Source of the DNA: Callorhinchus milii
Lineage: Eukaryota
Assembly (NCBI RefSeq): GCF_018977255.1
Contig: NW_024704746.1
Location: 67,146,001-67,210,000, forward strand
Direction of reading: 5' to 3'
DNA length: 64,000 nucleotides
Part shown: positions 34,330 through 45,800 of the stretch, in pieces
How positions within the stretch are numbered: position 1 is the stretch's first letter
Layout of the letters: every line of letters begins with the position of its first letter
The notes under the pieces: generated by a model
Told to the model about the DNA's origin: nothing
What the model saw: only the letters and a program-made list of their open reading frames with translations
The model's database searches: none
Program-made: the position numbers and the translations under genes

Positions 34330-35910
34330 CCCACCCCCCACCCACACACACACACACACAACCCCACCCATACACAGCCCCTTCCAAGCCTCTCCCCCCC
34401 CCTCCCACACACAACCCCACCCCACTCCAGGCTCTTTCCCCCACACACACACAACACGCCCCCCCCAGCCACCCACCGCCCCACACAAACCTCCCCACCC
34501 CACACAACTCCCCCCCCCAGCCTCTCCCCCCTCCCACCCTGGGGTGTGGGGGGGGGGTTCCCTCACTCTCCTGCCCTCTTATTCTGCGTGTCCCTCATTC
34601 CCACTCAATCTGTGCCTCCCTCACACTCTCTCCCTCCTTACACCCTCCTTTCTGTCCAGCACTCACACACTCCCTCCCTCCCTTCTTGCTACGCATCGGT
34701 CCCTCACTCACTTGCTTCCTGACACTTACACGGTCTGTCCCTCACTCGCACTCCCTTCCCTTTACTCACACACATTCATCCCACAAAATACCCAGTCACT
34801 ACACTGTACAGTATATTCCCGTGAAGCGCTTTGAGACGTCTCGACGGCGTAATCAGGCGCTGTGAGAGGATTGTCCCTCACTCACACCCCCTTCCTGCCT
34901 CACACACACACTGAGCCTCACTCACACTCAATCCCTCTCTTACTCACTCACTCACTCCCTCCCTCCACTCTGTCCCTCCCTCCCTCCATCCCTCTCTCCC
35001 TCAATCCCTCTCTCCCGCCCTCTGTCCCTCAATCTCTCTCCCTCTCTCAATCAATCCCTCTGTCCCTCCCTCAGGAGGGGGGAGGCTGGGGTGGGAGGGG
35101 GTTGTGTGTGTGGGGGGGGTGGCGGGAGGGGGGTGTGGGGGAGAGGGGGGTGTGGGGAGAGGTTGGGTGGGAGGATTGTGTGTGTGTGGGCGGGGGTTTG
35201 TGGGGGGGGATTGTGTGCGCCTGGGTTGTGTTTGTGTGTGTGTGGGGGTGGGGATTGTGTATTTGGGGAGGGGGTTGTGTGTGTGTGTGGGGGGGGGACT
35301 GGTAGGGGGAGGGGTTGTTTGTGGGGGGGAGACTGGTGGGGGGGTTGTGCGCGCGTGTGTGTGGGGGGGGATGTGGGGGGGGGCTGGTGGGGGGGTTGTG
35401 TGTGTGTGTGGGGGGAGGTGTGTGTGGGGGGGGAGGCTGGTGGGGGGAGGGGTTGTTAGTGGGGGGGTTATGTGTGGGGGGAGGGGTTGTGGGGGGGAGG
35501 GGGTGGGGGGAGGGTGTGTGTGGGGGGGTGAGGGCTGATGGGTGTGTGTGTGGGGGGTGGGGGCTGATGGGGGTGTGTGTATGTGTGGGGGTGNNNNNNN
35601 NNNNNNNNNNNNNNNNNNNNNNNNNNNNNNNNNNNNNNNNNNNNNNNNNNNNNNNNNNNNNNNNNNNNNNNNNNNNNNNNNNNNNNNNNNNNNNNNNNNN
35701 NNNNNNNNNNNNNNNNNNNNNNNNNNNNNNNNNNNNNNNNNNNNNNNNGTGTGGGGGGGTGGGGGCTGATGGGGGTGTGTGTGGGGGGGAGTGGGGGAGG
35801 GGTGTGTGTGTGTGGGGGGGGTGGGGGCTGATGTGGGGGAGTGGGTGTGTGTGGGGGAGGGGTTGTGTGGGGGGAGGGGTTGTGGTGGGGGGGGGGTGGG
35901 GAGGGGGTGG
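34330..35910. repeat. C-rich then G-rich low-complexity tracts with N-gaps (35594-35748, 35911-35935)
   Basis: (CCCCACACAC)-like on + at 34330-35070, (GTGTGTGGGGGG)-like at 35075-35910. Confidence 0.8.
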
Positions 35911-36775
35911 NNNNNNNNNNNNNNNNNNNNNNNNNACCCAGACCCTGGTAGCCTGTCAAAAGGGAATTGAATCAATAAGTGTAGGTCGAAAAATTAATAA
36001 CATAATGATAAAAATCCTTGCATTTTATACAGCGCCTGATCACGTCTTCGAGACGTCTCAAAGCGCTTCACACGGTATATGTAAGTTAATTGACCGTATG
36101 TCTTGAAATTATACTGAAGGGTGTGATGAAAGAACAGGGGGACTGGGAGTAGAGAGCTCCAGTGGGAGAGTTACTACCAATGTCGATACGATGGGGCAAC
36201 ATTACTTAACCCCACAGTTAGAGGGAGCTCAGAGACAGGACATTGCTTTAAAGTCCGTCTTTATTGGAGCGGTTTGCACAGAAACCTCCTCACTTGTACC
36301 TGTACAGTAATTCCAAACCCCTCCCAATTTTTAAGTAAGTTTTTGTAAGTTCACATTGTCTTAGTATTTAAAACGGCCCCGAAACGTAGACGATTCTCAA
36401 CGTTCAGCTCAATTTGGAAGCTGTTTTGCTGTGGCTCTTAAAATGAATCGGCTTCCAAAGTGAGCGAGGGTAAGCATCTTCCGCACTCCTTCCATTCATT
36501 GTTTCAGGGCAAAATAATAATCGGAATCCTTGCGTTTGGTACAGCGCTCCGTCGCGTCTTCGAGGCGTCTCAAAGCGCTGCACAGAATATACTGTAAAGT
36601 GAACTTGACTGTGTATTTTGTGGGTGAAACGCGGCAGCCGATTGCGCACAGCAGCGTCCCCGCAAACAGCCGTGGATTGAGTGATGGTCCGGGGGCACTG
36701 CACTGTCCAAGATGTTGTCCTTCAGATGAGACGACTGCTTTACGGGGTGTTTATCTGCTGTTTCTCCTGTTGCAG

Positions 36776-36847
36776 TGTTATCCTGCCCCTGCCTCAGAAT
36801 GTGATCGACTACTTGATGGATGATGGCACCTTAGTGGTGTCAGGAAG
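36776..36847 (+). CDS. CDC123: CDC123 exon 2
   Basis: [23 protein letters not shown]; 72 nt. Confidence 0.92.
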
Positions 36848-39800
36848 GTAAGGCTTGCCTAACACCGTACAGGACTGAGAAAGATCATTGCCGTGTGTTT
36901 GGCCGTGTTTTCAGCCGCTCACTACGCCCCGAAACTCTGGAGCACTCTCTCTCTCTCTCTCTCTCAATCCCTCCCTCCGCCTTGCCCCCTCTCTCCCTCC
37001 CCATCTTCAAATCCTGCCTGAAGACCTTCCTTTTTGATCGTGCTTACGGCCACCTCCCCCCTCCCTCCCTCTCCCCCCCCCCCCTCCCTCCTTCCCTCCC
37101 TGACTCGTTGGCAGACTCCACCATTGTGAAGCACTTCGGAACGCTACCCTCATAGAAATGCAAGTTGTTGTTGTTGTTGGCCAGGCCCAAAGCCCCAAAA
37201 CAGTTCTACACTACTCCCAACTATTACACCCAGCAATCGATTTATTTGCCAAATTCTCTCTCTGTGGCTTACTCTCTCTCTCTCTTTTGCTTGCTTACTC
37301 TCCCTCTCCCTCTTTCTCTCTCTCTCTCTCTCTCGCTTGCTCACGCTCTTTCTCTTCTTTTGCTCACACAGTCTTTTTATTCTTTCTCGCTTTCATTATC
37401 TCTCTCTCTCTCGCTTGAGCACACACTCTCCCTCGCTTGTGCTCTTTCCTTCTTTCTCTCACGGTTTGTCTCGCTCCCTCCAGCTTTTTTTCCTCTTTCC
37501 GCCCACCTTTTATTTTCTCTCTCTCACTCTCTCTCTCACTGACAACAATTCACAGTTATAGTTCCCCTTCGGTTCACCACTCTGCCAGCAGATCTCAGAA
37601 CCATCTTCAGTTCATCCGCATCACAGCAGCAAACAATGAGTTGATTAAGGAGGGAGAGTTGTTGTTCAGTTAGGAGGCTCGTTCTCAATTGTTTCAGGAA
37701 TGAAGCCCCGAGTCATTGCCCTGCAGATGATGACAGTGATGAAGAGCAAGATATGCAGGTCAGTAATCTACAGTGCTCAGCTGCTAAGACGTTTGTCTCT
37801 AGGCCTTTGAAGTGAAGGGCTTTGAGTTTGCGGTGCTTTAATATTAAGATTATAATAATCATAATAATCCTTGCGTTCGATACAACGCCTCGTCACGTCT
37901 TCGAGACGTCTCAAAGCGCTTCGCAGGATACACTGTAAAGTGAATCGGCTGTATGTATATTTGTGGGTGAAACGCGGCAGCCAATCGCGCACAGCAGCGT
38001 CCCCCACAAACAGTCGTGGAATGAGTGACCAAATGATTTTTAGTCATTTTGATGAATTATTACCCACCCCCCACCCCCCCACCACACACACCTGGAAAAA
38101 AATTGTCCCTGTGCTCACGGCAAAGTGGTCGGCCAACTAAAATATTCTTGACTAAATATTTCTTCGATATTCTGGATCGAATATGATTGAATATTTCTGT
38201 AATTATGCCATAAATCAAGAAAAATCTGAAAACAGCCGACAGAACAGACCCTGACTAACCCGGACCTGAGCGAATTATAATAATAATAATAATAGTAATA
38301 ATCCTTGCATTTGATATAGCGCTTTTCACGTCGGGAGGACGTCCCAAAGCGCTTCACAGAACACACTGTAGAGTGAATTGACTGTATATTTGTGGGCGAA
38401 CCCGGCAGCCAATTGCGCACAGCAATGTCCCACAAACAATCGTGGATTGAAAATGACCAATTTATTATTGTTTTTGGTTTTGGAGGGATTATTATTAGGC
38501 TCTGTGTGGAGTAAGGAAACTTGCCCAAGGTTTCGCCCTCTGCCTGGAATTGAACTCAGGTCTCTCACTTGCAAAGCGAGTGCTCTAACCACTGAGCTAC
38601 AGGACTCCACAAATATTTGGAGTGGAGGCCACTGGTTTGGCTACCACTGGAATGACCCATTTATCTGGAGGCTCGTTGGCCAGGACACCGGGTAAAATTC
38701 ACTCTATTCCGTCAAAGGTACTCTTGTCTCGACTTAGTGAAGGTGATGGCTTAGAAAGGTTTATCGATTGCTTAACTTGACAACCCTCTGTGTTTCTTTC
38801 CTGCAGTGGTCTGACGACGAGAATGTGACGACACTCACGGTAAGAGACGTGGCAAAGCAAAGCTGTGACGTTGTAGAGGGGTGGGGGGAAGAGTGCAACT
38901 GTCTTGACTGTCACATAAAAGATCCTCCCATTAAGCATGGCGATGGGTGTGTGTGTGTCTAAACGGCATTTTAAAAAGAGAACGGAATTTCCAGGTGTCA
39001 CAGGTAAATTGGTCACTCGTTGTGTGTGTGAGGGGGCGAGTGTGTGTGGGGTGGGGGGTTGGCGGGGGAGTTGGAACGAAGGAGAGGGCTGTGTGCAAAT
39101 TGGCTGCCTTGCTCGCCTATAATTACACAGCGATTCCTTGTGAATAATGTATTGTTCAAAGTGCTCCATTGAATGAAAGGATTATTATTATATTATTATT
39201 ATTATTTATTATCATCGTAACGGGTTGTGTCTTTTTAATATCCAGGCTCCAGAATTCCCAGAATTTGCAGCTAAAGTCCGCGAAGCTATCAACTCCCTAG
39301 GAGGGAGCGTTTTCCCCAAACTCAACTGGAGCTCCCCAAGGGTAAGGAAGGAAGAAATGTGATTCATTCTGGATGTTTTTTGCTGCCCGAAGGTTTTGCG
39401 TTTAATACATCTCAGACTTCTTAACCCGAGGAAAGCTCTTGTCTAATGAGAAACCAATGTGGACCTGGTTTGAATCTGCACTGCTTTCGAACAGATCTGA
39501 ACATCTGAAAAAGGGTTGATTTGATTAAATTATTATTCCGCAGAATGTCTTTTATCTCTCGTTCTGGAACGTTTAATGGCATTCTGCTGAAGGCACTTTC
39601 TGTTTCAGGCATTTTAGTTCTTGCTCGGTTGCTAGTAGCCTTTCCTCCTCTAGTCACGAGGCCGTGTCAGGACTTAGGAACAAACCTGTGCCTGAATAAA
39701 ACATCGGGGTCTGGCTGAGGGAGATGGCAAAACACTGGATTCCTGAGCTGTGGACTTCACGAAGAGCTTGAAACTGGAACTCAAGGCCGCAAATTCCACT

Positions 39801-42800
39801 CATGTTTTCTGGGGGTGGAAGGGGTGTGTTATTCTGCCACTGTGCGAGCAGTACATATTCCATGCAGTGATGGATTGTGTATGTTAATTGCTAAGTATCG
39901 TAGAACCCATACATTTTTTTTTAAAAAAAGTCCCAGCTGTATAGAAGTGATTAATGACCGAGAATTGATCGGGCAAATTGCTTTACAACAGTGAAAGATA
40001 TTCAGATGAAATCTGAGGAGGTTGTTCCTCTGGTGCATTGATTTCTAACCATTGCAGTATAAATGCGACCAGTGCAAATCGATTGGTGACCACTCATAGA
40101 ATGGCCTTTCAGTCATCTATTAAGGGGATCGATCATAAATTTTATTAAGGAGGTGGAGCCTCTTCCCCCATTCCTACACCCCCCGCCTCCTGGGCAATGG
40201 GGTCTGAAGACAAGCAATATTGAGTCCTGTAGCTCAGTGGATGAGCGAGAAGACCCGGGTTTGATTCCCAGGGAGGGTGAAACTTTACAGAATATATTGT
40301 GAAGTGAATTGACTGTATATTATGTGGGCGAAACACGTCAGACAATTTCGGACAGCAGCGTCCCACAAACGTCGCTGGATTGAGTGACCAAATTATTATT
40401 AGTAGTAGTATTTATTTTTGAAGAGATTACCCCTGGAAAGTGATCCACCAATCGACTAAAAACTGGGTTCCTATTTACTGCTTTGTAAACCGAGGTGTGT
40501 GTGTGTGTGGAGTAAGGAAACTTGCCTACGGTTTCGCACTGCCCGGGAATTGAACCCGGGTCCTCTCGCTTGTGAGGCGAGCGCTCTAACCACTGAGCTA
40601 CAGGACTCCGCTACAGCAACGTGTTTGTGTCCGGGCACTTTGCTGTGCTCAGATTTGCTGCTGTGAAGCGCTTTTAAGACAGCCTGGTGACGGGAAAGGC
40701 ACAATATTAAAAAGCAAGCGTTTCTTTATGTTGCACTGTCTAGTAAGTACTAAATTGCCAGTAGGGCTATGGAAATATGAGTTGATAGCGAGCCCAAAAT
40801 ATTACTTAACAAATAAATCTCAAATAATCTGCCCACTGGTGGATTTATTAATGCATTTCCTCTGTGTTTGTGGGCAAGGATTCTATCTCTCTGTTAGCTT
40901 TTCAACAGGCCGGTAACTTAGCCTGAGTGGAAGGAAGGAGCCATTAATAAAAATCCAGTTATTCTTATTGACCCAGCTCTGCGTCTCTCTCTCGACAATC
41001 CATTAAAGGTTCTCTCAAGAGATCTGACTGCTAGCTAGAAACATGCAGGGTTCTGGGTTAATCATTCAGCGCTATATCAAATGCAAGGATTATTATGAAA
41101 GGGAATTTAAGGGGTGGGGGGGGGAGTGGGAGGGGGCTAGAGAGAGCCCGGCGAGTAAGTAAGACTAAACGAAGAGCTTTATCACTGGCACGATGGCCCC
41201 AAATGTAAATTTCCCCGGTCGGATCCCTGAGCAAGCATTAAACTCGAGCATCGCTCATTTTATTGGGAGCGAGGCCAAAAAGGCAATGAGGTTATTGATT
41301 TCCAGCGAGAAAAGATTTTCCTGGCTTTGCAACTCTAAATTGTAGGGGAAAAAAACTCGTCGACAATCGAATCAAATGTTCCGTAAAATGAATTCATCAA
41401 AACGGAAGGCACCCAATTTGCTTCAGCTGCCGCACTGAGTGGGAAGAATTATTATTATTGTTGTTGTCAGAGGAGCTGCCCTTCAAATGGACGTTGAAGA
41501 TCCCGTAACCCTTTGTGGAGTCCTGTAGCTCAGTGGTCAGAGCGCTCACCTCGCAAACGAGAGACCTTGGTTCGATTCACAGGGCGAAACCTTGGGCGCA
41601 ATTTGCTGCCGCGTTTCGCCCACAAAATATACAGTCAATTCAGTATATCCTGTGAAGCGCTTTGAGTATGTAAAGCTTTGATATAGCGCCTTACTTCAAA
41701 GACTTGATAAGTCACTATGTCAAATGCAAAGATTATTATTATTATTGTCATTATTGTAGTATTTTCCCTCTGATTGCTGTCCCTTTCCTCACACTCTCAG
41801 GACGCTCAGTGGATTGCTCTGAACAGCTCCCTCAAGTGCCAGACTCTGAGCGACATATTCCTGCTTTTGAAGAGCTCGGACTTTGCCATACGCGACCTAA
41901 CCCAGCCGTACGTACATCACACTTTGTGCCTTGCTCTTCCCTCCCCACCTCTGTGACCTTCTAACTCCACACCAGCCTGTCCACTCCTCCGTTCAGTGGG
42001 CTCCGGCTTGCTCCACCATCGGCCTCTCTGCCCCCACCCAGGAACTCCATCCCACAGTCCCTTCGCCTCGCGCTCCCCCTCGCCTCCTTCAAGGCAAGTC
42101 TCAAGTCCCTCCTCTTTGATCGCGCCTTTGGTCACCCTCAAACCCCTCCCTGCTCCCTCCCCCCGATCATAAACCCCCAGCTCGGGTCCAAATCCCTGAC
42201 TGTCCAGCACTTTGGGAGGTCCTCCCGACATGAAAGGTGCTGCGTAAATGTCATTTGTTGTTGCCTTTGCAGCGCTTCAAATAGTTATCCTGCGTGAAAG
42301 GCACTACGCAGACGAAAGTTATAATAATAATAATCCTTGCATTTGATGCAGCGCCTTAACAGGTCGTTGAGACGTCTCAAAGCGCTTCACAGAATATACC
42401 GTAAAGTGAACTGACCGTATACTTTGTGGGCGAAACGCGGCAGCCAATTGCGCACAGCAGCGTCCCACACAAACAGTCGTGGAGTGAGCGACCAAATTAG
42501 TTTTAACCTTTGGCTCTTGACGACCTGCACCTTAATAACATTCCAGGATTGGGTGAGACGGGGCGTGTCTGAGTGTGTGCCCCATTCTAGACACAGGGAG
42601 TGTTTTCTTGTGGCTTGTTTTGCACTGCAAATGGGTTTCCACGTGTGACAGACACACAGAACAGCTAACACAGATCTTGTTTCATTTTCTTCTGCTATCA
42701 GATTCCTTCACTGCACTGATGATTCACCAGACCCCAAAGTGGAAAATCAGGTTAGTTCGTTTGTAACCTCACGTCCGTCAGATTTTCTTTCTGCAGATGT

Positions 42801-45800
42801 GAAGATAATTATCGTCTTTGCATTTGATATAGTGCCTTTCAAAGGGGTGGGGGGGAGAAGGGTGATCAAAGGCCCGGTCGAAGAGGAGGGTCGGGAGATG
42901 GGTCTTGAAGGACTTCTCAAAGCGCTTCATAAGATTTTACGAATTCAGTCTATTCAGTCCTGCGCTATATCAAATGCATGGATTATTAGTATTTTTTGGT
43001 GGGGGGGGGGGTGCAGTTTTCCGAGGGTGACACGGCTATCCATCCTTACCCAACGCCCGAACTAAATCAAAGACGAGCGTGTGAGGAAGGAACAATAGCT
43101 TCTGAACTGTATTGCGCTGTGCGTGTGTGTGTGTGTGCGCGCGCGCGCTGTGTATTTGCATGCACCACTCACTCGCCTGTTGAGAGTCCCAGTGGGCTGA
43201 ATGACTTGCTCGGTGCAGTAAATCGGGGCTGCGTCAGATTTAATGAGTGCGTTTCAGACCTTTATTGATTTATCTGCTGATTAAATCAGTGCCGTGGGGA
43301 ACCAGCGGCACAGACACTCCCTTTTGGAGCCAGTCAGCTGTTTGGGTTAAGACTGCGGGCGCTTACTTCATTGCTACACTGCGGGTGCGGGTTCGATCTT
43401 GCCAGCTGCCAGTTAATCTACAGCTGAGCTTTGAAAGGCACCTCACGAATGCAAGTGGATCCCACCCACTCTCTCCCACCGTCCAGTGCCTCGGGACCTC
43501 TTCCTGACGCGAAAAGGCGCCGTGCGAATGTCATTCGTGGCTGTATTCAACCACCGCCTTAAGACTGGCCTCTTCAGCAAGCGTTTTCCATCGCACACCC
43601 CACCCTGGCCGCCCTCTGGGTATCGAGAGGCTTCACTATTAAAATGTAAACCGGATCCCATCTCGCTGGGTGTGCGGCTGCTGAGTTACTGTGCCCTGCT
43701 CCACTTTCCCCTGCCCGGCCCACCCCACCATCAGCAATTTACACAGCGCCTTTCGCTCAGAAGGACGTCCCAAGGGCTTGCACTCGAGCTACGGGTTGGA
43801 ATCAAGAGGGGTGGAGGGTAGGGGGAGTGGGGGTGGGAATGTGGGGGGCCAAAGACACGGTCAAAGAGGGAGGTCTTGAGACGGGCCTTGAAGGAGGCGC
43901 GGGAGGGAGCGAGGAGGAGGGATCCAGGGATGGCGTTCTAGAGGGTGGGGGCAGGAAAGCTGAATCCACAGGTTTGGCCTCCAGTGGGAAGCGCTGTGAG
44001 ACGTGCCCCCCCACTCTTCCCCCCCCCCCCTCCCCCTCCCGTGTCACTCCTGAATGGCTCCTGGCCTGTTAAAGTCAGCAATGTCACTAATCCGGCTTCA
44101 CTGCAATTTCTCCGCAGCTGGTTCTCAGGAAATGGTGCGAATTGATTCCCGGAGGGGAGTTCAGGTGCTTCGTCAAAGAAAACAAACTGATAGGTAACCA
44201 GGCGTCACGGCTTCACACAGATACGTTGTAAAGTACTTTTACCGCTTGCAATTGGTTATTGCTTGGAAATTGACTGCAATTTGTACCCATTGCCTCTGAT
44301 AGGAATTGCACAGAGAGATCACACACAATACTACGATCACGTCTGTAAACTGGAGGCAGATATTCTCACCGCCATCAAAGATTTCTTCAGAAAACAAATA
44401 CAGTACAAGTTCCTGGACGAGGACTGTAAGTGCTTTTTAATTCATTTGTTTTCGCTTATTTTAAAGCTTGTGGAGTCTTGTAGCGGGAGAGGCGAGGGAG
44501 GGAGGGAGCGAGCAGTAAGTAGGAACCTGGTTGCTAGTCGATCGCCTTCTGGGGTTAATAATCCCCTTTTTTTTAAAGAAATGATAATAATAATTTGATC
44601 ACTCAACCCGTGGCTGTCTGTGAGACAACTGACTGCCATGTTTCACTCATAAAATACGTTCATTCCGCTTTACGCTGTATCCTGTGAAGCGCTTTGAGAC
44701 GTCTCAACGACACGATACGGCACTGTATCAAATGCAAGGATTATTATTATTAATATTAATTTGATGTTGTATGTGTGATTGTGCTATAGCTCTCACGCTG
44801 GAGCTGTTTGCTTTATTGGCAATTCCCTGCTCAAATACATCTCGAGTCCACTTTTGAAGTAGAATTGATGAATATGCCTTGTAGCGTAAATAAATAATGA
44901 GAAATGATTATCAAGAGTTTGATCTCAGCTATTTTAATTCCTGCCAATTTACCAGTACAAAACATATCGGATTGCCTCCAGCTCCAACCAGACATCAGCC
45001 CACTTGTTCAATCTTTTTATTTATTTAATGTGTTCGGGCTGAAAGACAGAGAAAGACTTTTGTTAGAGGTGCACTGCATTCTCAGCTGACGAACTTCGGA
45101 TCAGACATTAAACCGAGGTCCAGCCTGTGCCCATTCAGGTTTACCTTTAAAGATCCCATTCTAAAAGAGAAGCAGACTTTCTCCACTCTCCTCTCATGAA
45201 AGTTATAATCATATTAATCCTATTAATATTCGATGTAGCGCCTTATCACGTCTCGTAGACGTCTCAAAGCGCTTCATGGGATGTACTGTAAACTGAATTG
45301 ACTTAACGTTTTGCGGGAGAAATACGACAATCGATTGCGCACAGCAGTGTCCCACAAATTGTCGTGGATTTTTTTACAAAGATAGTCCTGCACTTTTGCG
45401 AGGGATTCTGAAATTGTATGCACTTATTTTTTTCCCTCTCTCTCTCTCTCCACAGTTGTGTTTGATGTATATCGCGACAGTAAGGTAGGGTGATGAGGCT
45501 GTTGGAAACTGCTTGTAATTCAATGTATGCTTCATTTTCTGTGTCTTTTTATATAAAAAAAAAGGGAAAGATTGACAATTTCTCCCCAATTCCTCCACCT
45601 CCTTTTTTCAGACAACACGCACGGCCTGCTCTGAGCAGGTTCACTACACTTTACGCTATATTCCGTGAAGCGCTTTGAGACGTCTCGACGACTGTGTTGG
45701 ACATTTCCACGCTCTGGAGGCGGAGGCGGAGTGGGAGTGGGTTTGGGAATGAGGAACAGAATCAGGGTGATGGGCGATGGGGGAGTCTGGGAGCCCAAGA

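Noticed and set aside
34121-36106. Long Pro/His/Thr-rich and Gly/Val/Cys-rich ORFs
   Set aside because: They are translations of low-complexity tracts and N-gaps, which lack stop codons by composition.
36126-36152. ATGAAAGAACAG (MKEQ) as CDC123 exon 1
   Set aside because: An in-frame TAG follows after 8 codons, with no CQF/WYP motif and no suitable donor.
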